Under the pieces are notes generated by a model. The model made no database searches. It was not told where the DNA came from and saw nothing but the letters and a program-made list of their open reading frames with translations. DNA of 64,000 nt from Mobula hypostoma (taxonomy: Eukaryota), in NCBI RefSeq assembly GCF_963921235.1, contig NC_086108.1, forward strand, positions 50,532,001-50,596,000, given 5' to 3'. The position numbers and the translations under genes are program-made. Below are positions 1-12,424 of this stretch, in pieces; within the stretch, counting starts at the first letter, position 1; the number at the start of each line of letters is the position of its first letter.

Positions 1-129
1 CTTCGGCCCACAATGTTGTGCCAACCATGTAACCTACTATAGAGACTGCCTAGAATTTCCCTAGTGCATAGCCCTCTATTTTTCTAAGCTCCATGTACCT
101 ATCTAAGAGGGTCTTAAAATACTCTATTG
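1..129 (-). mobile_element. CR1-clade LINE 3' end fragment
   Basis: Closely resembles the CR1 3' end at 52470-52590 (cttcggcccaca...ctctatttttctaagctccatgtacctat). Confidence 0.8.
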
Positions 130-290
130 AAGCTGTGGACTCTATAGAGATAACTTTGTACAAGAGTATAAAGAGGAAACAAGTGTCCAGGCAAACAACA
201 GGAATTCTGCAGATGCTGGAAATTCAAGCAACACACATCAAAGTTGCTGGTGAACGCAGCAGGCCAGGCAGCATCTCTAGGAAGAGGTAC

Positions 291-326
291 AGTCGACGTT
301 TCAGGCTGAGACCCTTCGTCAGGACT
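291..326 (-). ncRNA. Minimal type I hammerhead ribozyme motif (PLE-associated)
   Basis: Minus strand reads agtc-CTGACGA-agggtctcagcct-GAAAC-GTC-gact; agtc/gact can form helix I. Confidence 0.7.
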
Positions 327-337
327 AACGAAGTCTG

Positions 338-373
338 AGTCCTGACGAAGGGTCTCGGCCTGAAACGTCGACT
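338..373 (+). ncRNA. Minimal type I hammerhead ribozyme motif (PLE-associated)
   Basis: agtc-CTGACGA-agggtctcggcct-GAAAC-GTC-gact; core CUGANGA/GAAA with GUC cleavage triplet and palindromic ACGT in place of helix III. Confidence 0.72.
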
Positions 374-760
374 GTACCTCTTCCTGGAAATGCTGCCTGG
401 CCTGCTGCATTCACCAGCAACTTTGATGTGTGTTGCTTAAGTGTCCAGGCAATTTTTTTTTCCAGATCTAACACTGGACAAAGAAAAAAATCATCATGTC
501 ATGCAACATCTGTTGAGGCAAAGGGATGGTCAATGAGAGATTTTATTAATAATCTAGTAGTTAAATAGCATTTAGGGAAAAATTATACTGATAGGATAAT
601 CTTTTTGTAAAAGGAATAAAAACCATTTCATTCAAGCTAGAATCAGGATCTTAACATCTAGACAAAATAATCCATGTAGTTATGAAATGTTAGTTGGCTG
701 TGGAGGGTTGGGGAAATAATTTAAAAGAGTTGACAGTAAACAAGTATAACTAGTACTTAC

Positions 761-936
761 ACACACTTTGCTGCAAATGTATTTCTTTCTAAGGCACAAA
801 CAAAAAAAATCAATAGGAAATGGCTTATCACCAAAGTGCACAAAGCCTGAAGATTGTCAGGCTCCAGCAAAGGAGGACCAGAAAATTGTTAAGGGTAATT
901 CCAGCCAAAAGCAAAACGGTAAAAGATTGCATAAGT
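761..936 (-). other. Putative internal (probably 5'UTR/non-coding) exon of a minus-strand host gene
   Basis: Minus-strand acceptor atttgtgtttctttttgcag ends at 937 and donor GTAAGT at 760-755; non-repetitive sequence; stops in all three frames. An alternative acceptor (ttgtttgtgccttag) would give a 28-nt exon. Confidence 0.4.
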
Positions 937-1390
937 CTGCAAAAAGAAACACAAATGTAAAAGTTAACCTGAGTGCCATAAAGACAGAGACTGGAGTGAC
1001 ACCCTAATAGCAAATAAGTTAAACAAATATCTTCTGCCTTCATGAAGGAGATATATAATAATCAAGTACAGGGAAAGAAAGTACACTGGCAAAACTCGGT
1101 CACTGAGCGCATGACTCAATCTCCACCCAGAGAGGGCAGCAGCATAGCTACGTGTGTCACAGGGCTCCAAACCCCACTCACATTTCCCTGCTAATGGTAT
1201 GTAGTTTGATCTTGGTTTAAAAAAAGATAAAATTTTGTTCAGCTCATTCATCCTATGACTATCTCTGGCAGACGAGCATGGACCTTTTTGAACAAGAACT
1301 ACTATTCAATTTACTAGATGAAAAGATAGTGAAACCAGTTTTAGTCACGACTTTCAGAAGGGATTTGGACATGTATTTGAAAAGGAACAC

Positions 1391-1745
1391 TGGCTAGTCT
1401 CCAGTCCTCTGGGATCTTGCCTGTGATTTAAGAGGATACAAACACCTCTGTCACATTCCTAGTAATATCCTCTCTTGCCTCTGTCTATAGCCTGGGATAG
1501 ATCCCATCGTGCCCTAGTGACAAATCCACCTTACAGTACGTCAAGTGACCAAACACTTCCTCCTCGACGTCAACACATCACAGAACATTAGCATACTCCT
1601 CCCTGATTTCACTATCCTCCATGTCCTCCTCCTCCTCAGCAAATACTGATGTGAAGTAATTCTTCAGGATTTCACCCACTTTCACCAGCTCCAGGCACAA
1701 ATACCCTCCTTTGTCCTTCAGTGGTCCTACCCACTCCCTTTAACC
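1391..1745 (-). mobile_element. Degenerate CR1 ORF2 fragment
   Basis: Minus translation KVDLSLGHDGIYPRL*TEAREDI...TGKIPEDWRLA resembles the CR1 KSPGPDGIYPR...PEDW motif. Confidence 0.75.
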
Positions 1746-2469
1746 TATGTATATTATGATTGATATTTTAAAATGCTTTTATGGACAGAAGAGATGAAGA
1801 TTTAATGCAAAAACTATCCTGTGACTTCCTCTGGAACATCCATATATGGGAACATCACTTCAGGAAACAGTCAGGTGTTCTGACTTCACTTGTCCTCTGG
1901 GATCAAGAACAACCACAGTGGCAACCAAGCAAAAAGAAGGGGAAATAATTCAAAGTTGCTCACTGTTCTGCTGCTAATAGGCAAGTCTATTACACAATTC
2001 AAAATTAGGCCATTTCCTGGATGTTCTCCAAATTTCATTTTTTGCAGTCACATGGCCCAGATTACACCAAAGACAGGAATGGATACAGGTGGTACAAGTC
2101 AATATTAGCATATTAACTCAATATTTAGCAACAAAAATGAATGAACAGGCAAAGGGAAGTGGTTATTTTACCTGAAATTTATATTGAAATGTTAAAAAAA
2201 GTGTGCGTGAGTCCATAAGTAATTGAAATTCCCACCTCTGGTAATGGTATCCAAATACAACAAAAAATTGCACTTTCAATCATGTCGCACTGGATATAAG
2301 CCCACAAAATAACAATGGTCAACAAATGAAATTATAGTAAAATCTATAAGCAGTTGCACAAACAATCTAGAACAACTTACAAAACATTTCAACTTACAGA
2401 CTTTTAACTCAAAAATATTAATCTCTCATAACAGAGTATTTTTGCAATATGCACTATATTTACCAAATA

Positions 2470-3274
2470 CAGTGCATTCTGGTTAATTGGGGCAGCCGTT
2501 TACTTGGGACAACTCTTAAAGAACACAAACTAAATTGAGAAAATAGCTGTGATTCCCTTCGTCTGGTTGGGACACTATACCATTAACGTGGGTAGGAGAC
2601 TGTTGCTGAACAGTTCCTAACTAGCATCAGTTGCGTGGCCGTTGAGACACTACGCAATGCTTAGAACGATCAGTTTTTATGTAGCGCCAGTTGCGTGTGC
2701 TTGTGTCCAAAAAGCAGAGTTTTGTCACTGATAGGTGGTGAGAAATAAGCAGTAAGACAACTCAGAACTGCTTTGCTCACTGTGGTTCAAGCATTCTGAC
2801 TTGGAGATGCCAGAAATTGCTGGGAGTAAAGATTAAATAATTTCACTACTTCAACAAGTTAGGAACTGCGAAAAATTTGAAGGTATTGACAATCATCTTG
2901 AATGTTACAATGAAAATGAAGATTTGAAGGACGCAATCATCGCAAGTATTGTATGAAGGTATTCCATTATTTGCACCAGGTGTCGACACTGATTTTATTC
3001 AATTACAGTCAATCAAAAGAACCGATAGATGAATTCCTCTGTCGATAACTATTAGGAAACTAATACATAGCTTTATAGTAATTTAGAGGTAGTGGTAGCG
3101 TTCTATTTGATTCTGTATTTCATTTAAATACATAGATTGTTACTCAGTTAAACAGTAACTTGTCTCTTTCATACCTTTAAACTATTTCCATGAAACTTTG
3201 GCTAATTGGGGCAGCCACATAATTGGGCCAAAATGTACTAGTCCCCATGCATCCCAATTAACCAGAATCTACTG
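2470..3274 (+). mobile_element. pogo/Tigger-type non-autonomous DNA transposon
   Basis: 22-bp TIRs cagtgcattctggttaattggg / cccaattaaccagaatctactg (2 mismatches); TA on the left; internal acidic stretch EKFEGIDNHLECYNENEDLKDAIIASI resembles a Tigger transposase C-terminus. Confidence 0.7.
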
Positions 3275-3345
3275 AATTCCTGTTTTATTTCTTCAAATTG
3301 CAGTTCTTCTTCCTCCATTGTTGCTTATTACCTAATGCAATCCTT

Positions 3346-3499
3346 CAGTTGACCTGATGCTGCTGTTAAATATATAGAATAGAACAGGGGAGAGTACAGT
3401 TGACCTGATGCTGATGTTAAATATATAGAATAGAACAGGGGAGAGTACAGTTGACCTGGTGCTCATGTTAAATATACAGAATAGAACATAGAAGAGTAC
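3346..3499 (+). repeat. Tandem triplication of a 51-bp unit at a LINE-tail junction
   Basis: Unit cagttgacctgatgctgctgttaaatatatagaatagaacaggggagagta starts at 3346, 3397 and 3448. Confidence 0.9.
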
Positions 3500-3872
3500 A
3501 GCACAGGGACAGGCCACTCAGCCCACAGTGTTGTGCCAAACCAGCTAAAAAGCAAATCAAAACACCCAAACACGAATCCTTCCTATTTACACCATGTCCA
3601 CATCCCTCCATCTTCCTCACATTAATGAGCCTATCTCAACATCTCTTAAAATCCTCTAATGTATTTGCCTCTACCACCATACCAGCCTATTCCAAGCATC
3701 CACCACTGAGTTTAAAAAAAACCCCTACCCCTCACATCCTCTTTGAATCTATCCCCTCTCACCTCCAATGCATGCCCTTTGGGGTTAGACATTTCAACCC
3801 GGGGAAACAGATACTCCTTGTCTACTCTATCTATGCCTCTCATAAACTTATAAACCTCTATCACTCTTCCTC
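3480..3872 (-). mobile_element. CR1 LINE 3' fragment
   Basis: ORF 3712..4065 ends VIEVYKFMRGIDRVDKEYLFPRVEMSNPKGHALEVRG; ctatgttcta-type tail. Confidence 0.85.
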
Positions 3873-4614
3873 TCCAACTATACACTAGCAAAAATCTAAA
3901 ACTCACAGCTGGTGCGCAAAATTTTTCATATTGCAAGTCTACTGACCATAGCAAGGAGCTGGAAAGGATCACTGGCATTTTGGAGAATTCAGGAGTAATG
4001 AAAAGGAAACACAAAAGCAAACTTGGAATTTCAGTCAGAGTAGCAACCAGAAGAGGGGTTAGCAAAGATCATCAAAAACAGAGAAGCAGGCAGAAGAGCA
4101 TAACATTTCTGTACTATTCTAAAAATGGAGAAAGCGCTATGCAAAATGGAAGTGGGACAACAGAGTTCAAGATGGGATAAAGAGCTGAAAGAGATTGCAG
4201 TTGGGAGGGAAAATGTTTGCTGAGTAAGGATCTGCAGGGATGGAGAGGAATTTGAAGTTGACACTTTGAGGGATCAGCAGCCAATGGAAATGACCTTGAA
4301 GGTGGTTGAGCAGTAAACTCTGAATAAACTGGCACTTGGATAGTCAGTGCACAGCTCAAGAATCAGGGGAGGAAAGCATTGGGAAACAAATATTCCAGTG
4401 GTAGCAAAAGAATAAAAGAAATGAAATGGGACTAACATAAGCACAAGACAGAGGGCAAAAGAGACATCAGGGAGAGTGGTTTCCCTTGAAAACGATATTC
4501 AAACTGCATTTGAAGACATGATTAAACTGGATAAATGCAGCAAGTTCCTCAGCCTGAACATAATTAAGTAACCTGATAAATTAAATAAATCGTGCAAAGA
4601 GAGGAGGAAAATAG

Positions 4615-5895
4615 TGAGGTAGTCTACCTGGGTTCATTCTCCATTCAAAAATTTGATGGTGGATGGGAATGCTGAGCGTGTGTCTTCATGTTTCTGTACC
4701 TCCTCCTTGATGGCAGCAATGAGCAGAGAATGTGTCCGAAGTGATGGGGGCTCTTAATGATGGATGCTACCTTTTTGAGGCATTGCCTTTTGAAAATGTC
4801 GATGCTGGGGAGGCTAGTGGCCATATTGGAGCTGGCTGAATTTTCAGCTTATGGCAGCTTTTTCCAGTCCTGTGCCGTGGCCCCTCCATACCAGATGGTG
4901 ATGCAACCAGTTAGCATGCTCTCCATGGTACATCTGTAAAGACTTGCGAGTGAATTTGTGACATACCAAGTCTCCTCAAACTTGTAATGTCATATAGCCC
5001 AGGATAGATCTTCAGAGATGTTGACACCCAGGAATATGAAACTGATTACCCTTTCAACTGCTAATCCCTCAATGAGGACTGGTGTGTGCCCCCTCAACTT
5101 CTCCTTCCTGAAGTCCACATTCAACTCTTTGGTCTTATTGATGCAAGTGCAAGGTCGTTATTTCACCACTCAACCAGTTGTTCTATCTCACTCGTATACG
5201 CCTCCTTGTCACCATCTGAAACTCTGCCAACAAAAATTGTGTCATCGGCAAATTTATAGATGGCTTTTGAGCTGTGCCTAGCCACACAGTTGTGGGTGTA
5301 GAGCAGAACAGTGCTGTGGGCTAAGCACGTATCCTCAAGCTGCACTCATGCTGATTGTCAGCAAGGAGGAGATGTATTTTCTGATCTGCACTGACTGTGA
5401 TCTCCTGCTGAGGAAGTTAAGGATCTACTTGCAGAGGGAGGTACAGAGGCCCAGGTTTTGTAGCTTGTTGATTAGTACTGAGGGAATAACAGTGTTGAAC
5501 GCAGAGCTGTAATCAATAAAGAGAAGCCTGACGTAGGTTTTGCTATTGTCCAGCTGGTGCAATGCCAAGTGGAGAGCCAGTGAGATTGCATTCACTGTAG
5601 ACCTATTGTGGCAATGGGCAAATTGTATTGGGTCCAGGTCCATGCTTATGCAGGAGTTGATTTTGGCCATGACCACCCTCTCAAAGCACTTCATCACAAT
5701 AGATGTGAGTGCCATTAGGCGATAGTCATAGAGGCAGCTCACTCTGCTCTTCTTGGGCACTTTTAAGGCAGGTGAGAATCTCTGACTGCAGCAGTGAGAG
5801 ACTGAAGATGTCCTTAAATAATCTTGCCAGCTGGTTGGCACAGGTTTTTCCCAGTGCCCTACCAGCTACACCAATAGGGCCTTATGCCTTGTGAC
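4615..5895 (-). mobile_element. Rex1/Babar-type LINE RT fragments (degenerate)
   Basis: ORF 5425..5841 [17 protein letters not shown]...LDPIQFA...[21 protein letters not shown] 5163..5345 KFADDT. Confidence 0.85.
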
Positions 5896-7075
5896 AATAG
5901 AATTTGAAAACCATTGTGAAATCACTGAATAATTACTGTATGTAGAATGACATTTGGGAGGAGGACATGAATTGGATTAGTCTGAAACAAGAGTACATTT
6001 CCAAAAATTTTCAGTGGCTTTTGATCACACTGCACTTTCTTACTTTCTAGGTCAGACAGGATGTTAATATCATTTAGCAGGTCATTTTGGCTTTTTAGAT
6101 GTTATCTCACAAGATCTAGCAATTTCTAAACCATTAAACAACCAAGATTGGCAATAACTTATCAACTGATGAAAAATTATTTAGAACTTTCTGTTATTCA
6201 ACACCGGTTTGATTTTCTTTGTTTTAATATTATGTGTTAACCTGATAGAAAACAACTTCAATATCTATTCAAGAATGGGTACATACCTCATTTGATAATA
6301 CCGGTAACAATTTAAAATGAGACTCTTTTGAAGTAGTGTTGACTTGGCACCAAGTTCCCACGTAGTTAAGTCCTTGCAACAATTTTTTTAAAAAGCTCAT
6401 GCGCTATCGAAAATTGACAGTAGTCAGCCAGCACGTCAGTTGCTGTGGAAACGACTGCGTGTGGTTGCATCTTACTGATGATACACATACTCAGAGGCAC
6501 AACAATATCACCACCTGAACAGTGGTTTCTGTATTACTAAGGCCTGTCAAGATGTCTTTCAAAGAATACTAAATTTGTCAAAAAATGACAGTTCAACAGA
6601 CACAAAGTGGGCATGACTGCAAGTTGAAGACTGCAAGTGGATGTCAAAGTTACAGCGAAATAAGATCTGAGTCAAGGCCAGCTTCAGTTCCTTGTAAAAC
6701 TTAGGAATTTTAGGAACACCAAGCCACGATTTTAAAATCCATTGACAAAGAAAAGCAATGTCTAAACATGGATTTAGTTGTGGTTATGCAAGGTTGTGCA
6801 TAACTACCTGCTATGCAAGAGTTCTTCAATGTCAGCTTGACGTGATATGAGAGTAACACGAGTCATGTTCAGCCTTGACTCTTTCGTGAATCTCTAATGG
6901 TTGGTAAAAATGCATGTAATTGTATAACCATAACCATAACCTGCATGCTCCCAACTGAGGGGTGATGTGGAAAAGATCATGAGGGAAAAGGAGACCCTTC
7001 AGAAAGTAAATGGCATACAAACCTTTCAGTAACAGAAGTCCCGAGTTACATTACTTTTGACTATACAACCATGTA

Positions 7076-7670
7076 CGAGGGGTGATTGATAAGTTCATGG
7101 CCTAAGGTAGAAAAAATCAATTTTAGAAAACCTAGCACATTTATTTTTCACCATAGTCCCCTCCTACATTTACACACTTAGTCCAGCAGTCGTAGAGCAT
7201 ACGGATCTTGGACCTCCAGAAAGTGTCCACAGCAGGGGTGATTGATAAGTTCATGGCCTAAGGTAGAAGGAGACGAGTTATACAGCTCTCACTACATGCA
7301 CATGCAGGTCAACTCTTTGAGTGATTATGCAGAAAGTTTGAAGTTAATAACTCATCAGGAGTGATAAGTTCGTGGCCTAAGGTAGAAGGAGAGGAGTTAT
7401 TAACTTCAAACTTCCTGCCTAATCACTCAAAGAGTTGACCTGCATATGCATGTAAAGAAAGCTGTATAACTCATCTCCTTCTACCTCAGGCCACAAACTT
7501 ATCAATCACCCATCTGTGGACACTTTCTGGAGGTCCAAGATCCGTCTGCTCCACAACCGCTGGACTAAGTGTGTAAATGTAGGAGAGGACTATGTCGAAA
7601 AATAAATGTGCTACGTTTTCTAAAATTGACTTTTTCTACCTTAGGCCATGAACTTATCAATCACTCCTCA
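7076..7670. mobile_element. Palindromic mariner-type MITE
   Basis: TA|cgaggggtgattgataagtt...aacttatcaatcactcctca|TA; about 277-bp inverted arms (7076-7353 / 7394-7670). Confidence 0.85.
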
Positions 7671-7994
7671 TATAATAACCATGAGATAGAGTTACAAGAT
7701 CAAGAAGCTACTTTAAGACACAGTTCTGTAAATATCTTAAAGTCTCAGTTATGATAAACACCAAGTTGTACACAATTTCCTGACACACATCTTTAAAGTT
7801 TCTACATTTGTAAAGATTACAATTCACATTGGCCAGGTGCACTCCCCTCATCCAAATCAAAACAGCAGATTACACAACTTCAGAGATTGGTATCAGTATG
7901 ATTGGGAAGACACAAAAAAGATTGTCAACGTAACTAAAGGATAATATTGTTTTTTGTTCTTCATTCCTTGTCTGTGAGGGCACAGTTAGTGCAG

Positions 7995-9135
7995 TGAAAA
8001 TCTTGCCTGACAAACCAAGCAGTATAGACAAAGGGGAAATCAATGGATGTTGTTTCAGAAAGCCTTTGACAAGGTGCCACACGAGGCAGCTTAACAATCT
8101 ACGAGCCCACAGTAATGATTGTGACATGGATAAAACAGTGGCTGATTCACATGAGGCAAAGAGTGGGAATAAAGGGAGCTTCTCTGGTTGGCTGCTGGTA
8201 ATCAGTGGTGTTCCACAGAGGGACAGCTTCTTTTTACATCATATGTCAATGACTCGGATGACGGAATTGATGGCTTTGAAGCCAAGATTGCGGATGATAT
8301 GAAGATAGGTGGAGGGGTAGGTAGTGTTGAGGAAGCAGGGAGGCTGCTGAAGGACTTAGATTAGGAGAATGGGCAAAGAAGTGGCAGATGTAATACAGTG
8401 ACGGGAGATGTACGGTCATGCACTTTAGTAGCAGAAATAAAAATTCAGACTATTTTCTAAATGGAGAAAAAAATTCAAAGGGATTTGGGAGTTCCTGTGC
8501 AAGGTTCCCTAAAGGTTGATTTACAGGTTGAATCAGTGGTGAGGAAGGCAAATGTGATGTTAGCATTCATTTCAAGAGGACTAGAATATAAAAGCAAAGA
8601 TGTAATGCTGAGGTTTTATAAATCACTGGTGATGCCTCACTTGAAGTATTGTGAGCAGTTTTGGGCCTAAGAAAGGATGTGTTGACGTTGTAGAGGATTC
8701 AAAGGAGTTTCATGAAAATGATTCTGGGATTGAAACATTTACCGTATGATGGCTCTGGGTCTATCCTCACCGGAACTCAGAGCATGAGGGGGGATCTCAT
8801 TGAAACGTATCGAATGTTGGCCAGTTCCTGCAGTGGACGAGTCTAGGACCCGGGGGCACAGCTTTGGAACAGAAGGTACGTCCATTTAGAACAGACATGA
8901 GGAGATTTTTTTTTTAGCCAGAGAGTGGTGAATCTGTGAAATTCATTGCCATAAGTGGCTGTGGAGGCAAAATCATTGGATAAATTTAAGGCAGAGGTCG
9001 ATAGGTTCTTGAGGGCATAAAGGGTTATGGCGAGAAAGCAGGAGATTGGAGCTGAATGGGTAATGGACTGGTCATGATAAAATGTCGGAGCTGACTTGAT
9101 GGGCCAAATGCCCTAATTCTGCTCCTATGGTCCTA
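7995..9135 (+). mobile_element. CR1 LINE 3' portion (degenerate RT and 3'UTR)
   Basis: ORFs 7994..8302 (SGWLLVISGVPQ) and 8461..8670 (QRDLGV...ISRGLEYKSKDVMLRFYKSLVMPHLKYCEQFW). Confidence 0.85.
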
Positions 9136-9214
9136 CTGAGTTTGCACAGCAGTACCTCTCTCTAGCTATTCTCCTCAGCATCTAATCCCAGCCAGAAAAT
9201 TTTAAAAATCTTAC

Positions 9215-9665
9215 ATTCCTGGAATTCTGAAACCAAAACAGAAAGTGCTAGAAACATTAGGCAGCAGAAATTGAATGAACTTTTCTGGTTCAAAGACCCT
9301 TTGTCAGGATTGGGAAAAGGAGAAAAGTAGGTTTGTTTAAAGTTGTAGTGCAGATGCAGCATCTGCCCTTTCATCTCTTCCCTTCCTATAACTCAGAGAT
9401 ACAGTCTTTCGAGGTTAAGCAACAATTCACTTGCACTACTTCCACTCATTCACAAATGTGGACTCCTCCACGTTGCAGAACCAAACGCTGGCTGAATGAT
9501 GTTCCTGCTGTCAATTCACAGGAATGACACTGTCTTCTGTTCCCTGTTACTTTAATCTCCATCCAATTCCTATTGTGGCCTCCTGCACCACTGCAGTGAG
9601 ACCCAATGCAAAGTTGCAGAGTTGTATAATGTAGCTTTCCAGACTGATATCAAACCCTCCAACTC
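9215..9665 (+). mobile_element. Old Penelope-like fragment (GIY-YIG remnant plus inverted pLTR)
   Basis: QSFEVKQQFTCTTS resembles KQSFQVRQHFTCES of the PLE at 31053; degenerate inverted terminal repeat (gaccctttgtcagga) near 9295-9309. Confidence 0.55.
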
Positions 9666-9767
9666 CATGTCACCGACTTTCTTTGACTGTAGTAGACTTG
9701 GCCACTTCTGCTGCGAGTCATCCAACAATGATACTTCCTGAATTTTGCTCTGCCCACTCGTATAGCT

Positions 9768-10035
9768 TTATTTATTTATTTATTTATTGAGATACCACAT
9801 GGAATAGGTCCTTTGACCCACGTCGCCCAGCTATCTCACGATTTAATCCTAGCCTAATCACAGGACAACTTACAATGACCAAGGACCTACCACTTGGTAC
9901 ATATTTGGACTGTGGGAGGAACCTGGAGCACCCGGTGGAAACCCATACAGTCATGAGCAGAACGTACAAACTCTTTACAAGCATTGGTTGTAATTGAACC
10001 CATGTCACCTACACCGGAAAGCACTGTGCTAACCA
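9768..10035 (-). mobile_element. tRNA-derived V-domain SINE (HE1-like)
   Basis: Core ggactgtgggaggaacctggagcacccggtggaaaccca...gaacgtacaaactc; (aaat)n tail; tRNA-like head. Similar copies at about 12152-12424, 14895-15128, 27770-27945 (minus) and 19390-19620, 40435-40660 (plus). Confidence 0.7.
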
Positions 10036-11001
10036 CTACACCACTGCATTGCCCCAATTTTTTGTAATATATTTTATAACCACATTATTCAGACTGCAGT
10101 CATTCACATTTCAATTTTGGAAAGAGGTGCAATACTGGAATTAGAAGTTCGTTATCAGTGAATAATAGATGTCATAATGATTTCAGTGCATGGCCTGTAG
10201 CAGCTCCAAAGAATATGGGCTTGTTGCATTCCAGTTGCAAAATGTACAGTACACTTCCAATCATACCATTGAGAAACACCAATTAACTCAATGTTTTTGT
10301 ATTCGCCATTTTCTGGCTAAGGAAGTTCATCCCTATCTCTATTCTAAATGGATGTCCCTCTATTCTGAGGCTATCTCCTCGGGTCCAAGGCTCCCTGACT
10401 ATAGGAAACAACCTCTCCACATTCACTCAGGAGCCACAGCCCTGTAATTAATAACACATATTGAGACAAAAACATAATTATCTAAATACCCCATTAAACC
10501 ATCTAACCAGACTTTAGATATTCTAATTTCCCGATCTAATCCTCCTGCTACCTTATCTGCAATTTAAATTTACGTCTTTTATTGCTATTTCCCAGTTCTA
10601 CCGAGGTCTTCAGCCTGAAGCATTAACTCTCTTCCTCCAAGTGTTTCCACCACGTTCTGCTTTTGTTTTGAATCTGCCTGCCCTCAGCAGTTTGCAGAGG
10701 AGATGGGGAAACAGATTATCTGCATCCCCAGTTGATTCAGTAATGGCCTGCAGCCTGGCTCAATTTATCAGAGAGTTTAAAGTACATTAACTTCAGCACA
10801 TAAGGCGAGCCCTGTGATGTCATTCAAGTGAAGGATAACGCTTTGTGCAATAGTTTCAATATTGGACTTTAAGCAACCATGTGAAAGAAATACCTTCTCC
10901 ACATCCGGCAAAATGGAGGCACAACTTGTCGCAGTGGCTTCTAAGGGCTCAACAAAAGGTGCTACTGTAATACTTAAATGTTCATCTGATGATCCTGCTA
11001 T

Positions 11002-11230
11002 AGATTAGATTAGATTATGAGGACACGCAGTCCTCTTTTATTGTCATTTAGTAATGCATGCACTAAGAAATGATACAATATTTCTCCAGAATGATATTAC
11101 AGAAACACATGACAAACCGACTGAAAAACTGACAAAAACCACATAATTATAACATATAGTTACAACAGTGCAAAGCAATACCATAATTGAATAAAGAACA
11201 GACCATGGGCACGGTAAAAAGTCTCAAAGT
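11002..11230 (-). mobile_element. 3' end of a LINE-derived repeat with (aatct)n tail
   Basis: Closely similar to 15712-15930. Confidence 0.7.
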
Positions 11231-12151
11231 ATATGTTACGAACTCAAGGTACTACAGGTCTATGCCTTCAGCAGGTTGTTTGCTGGTGGAGAAAGTGAAG
11301 GAGCTGTGCATCGTGCTGTTGCCTGAGTCGATGGAGGTTCACAGTCAAATAGCGAGTGGTCATCATGGTTGCTTTTCTTGTGATGGTAAGACCCCTTTGG
11401 GCACTGTTAATCTGGTGCACCACAAGTTCGATCCGCTGATTTATTGGATGTGAGCAGGGGTAGATAGAGGGAGCCTAGTCCTCAGTCATAGCAAGGACTA
11501 GGCCTGAAGCCACGGTGTTGCCTGTTTGCAGCCGCCCGGAGTCAGGGGATGAAGCTGTTGTGCTTCACTGGGGGCGGTGTGGCATGACTTCCAGAATAGA
11601 GCTGGAGCTCTCCTCCCAGAGTTTCTGCAGAAGACAAACTCTGCTGTGGTTGGCTGCAGATTTTTTTATCGGCTTTCAATGGACTTGGGCCTCAAGCTGC
11701 AGGGTCACTTGCTTTTCTGCCAGCAGAGGAGAAGCGCCCGAGAGCAGAGCAATGGGTAAGCACCGGGCCCCAAACCCACAGGGTCACCTTGCAGGTGTCG
11801 GGGCCAGTTGACAGATGATATTAGTGGGATGGGTTGGGGGAGTCTGGACAATATATAAATATGTACATTCTGCATCATTGTGTATTGCTTATATTCTCTT
11901 TGCGTTTGTTGACTTTAATGTAGGAGGACTGAACATCAAGTCGCGGGGTTGGGGGGGAAGGGGTGAATGCCGGGACTCTTGTGTGATTGTGATCTTGTGT
12001 GTGCTTACTGTGTGGGACTGTCGGTAATGTGTCTTTGCTCCTTGACCCAGCAGTAACGCTGTCCCATTTGGCTATACTCATAAATATTCATATTAGTTAA
12101 ATGAGTATTAAACTTGAATTCAAATGAATCGAATAAACAAGATTTTGACGC

Positions 12152-12424
12152 TATTTATTGATCGAGATACAGCACGGAGTTGGCACTTCTGACCCTTCGA
12201 GCCAAGCTGCCCAGCAATTCCCCAATTTAATCCTGGCCTAATCATGGGACAATTTACAATGACCAACTAACTTACCAATGGACTGTGTCAGGAAACCAGA
12301 GCACCTGGAGGAAGCCCACATGGTTACGTGAAGAACATGCAATCTCCTTACACACAGTGGCAGTAACTGAACCTGGGTCATCTGTTGCAAAGTGTTGTGC
12401 TAATTACTATATTACTGTGCTGCC
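12152..12424 (-). mobile_element. V-domain SINE
   Basis: Same family as 9768-10035 (tttaatcctggcctaatcatgggacaatttacaatgacc...gtgctaattactat). Confidence 0.7.

Larger units (their letters stand above)
195..438. mobile_element. Non-autonomous Penelope-like fold-back insertion (inverted pLTR pair)
   Basis: 101-bp inverted arms 226-326 and 338-438; 14-bp direct flanks aagtgtccaggcaa at 181-194 and 439-452; arm sequence matches the terminal repeat next to the GIY-YIG ORF at 40762-40891. Confidence 0.85.

Noticed and set aside
93..410. ORFs 93..338 and 114..410 (and similar ORFs at 35414, 40685, 58045, 58057)
   Set aside because: Chance translations of the non-coding PLE terminal repeat; the recurring peptide only reflects repeat copies.
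3346..3499. Possible CRISPR-like array
   Set aside because: Head-to-tail tandem units with no unique spacers, in a eukaryotic context with no cas genes.
6287..6460. Possible alternative minus-strand first exon (donor gag|GTATGT at 6286, a few CpGs)
   Set aside because: Only a donor motif, with no other support.
7076..7670. Regularly recurring 30-bp motif resembling CRISPR repeats
   Set aside because: Copies are in both orientations and the intervening sequences are reverse complements of each other, so this is a palindromic MITE.
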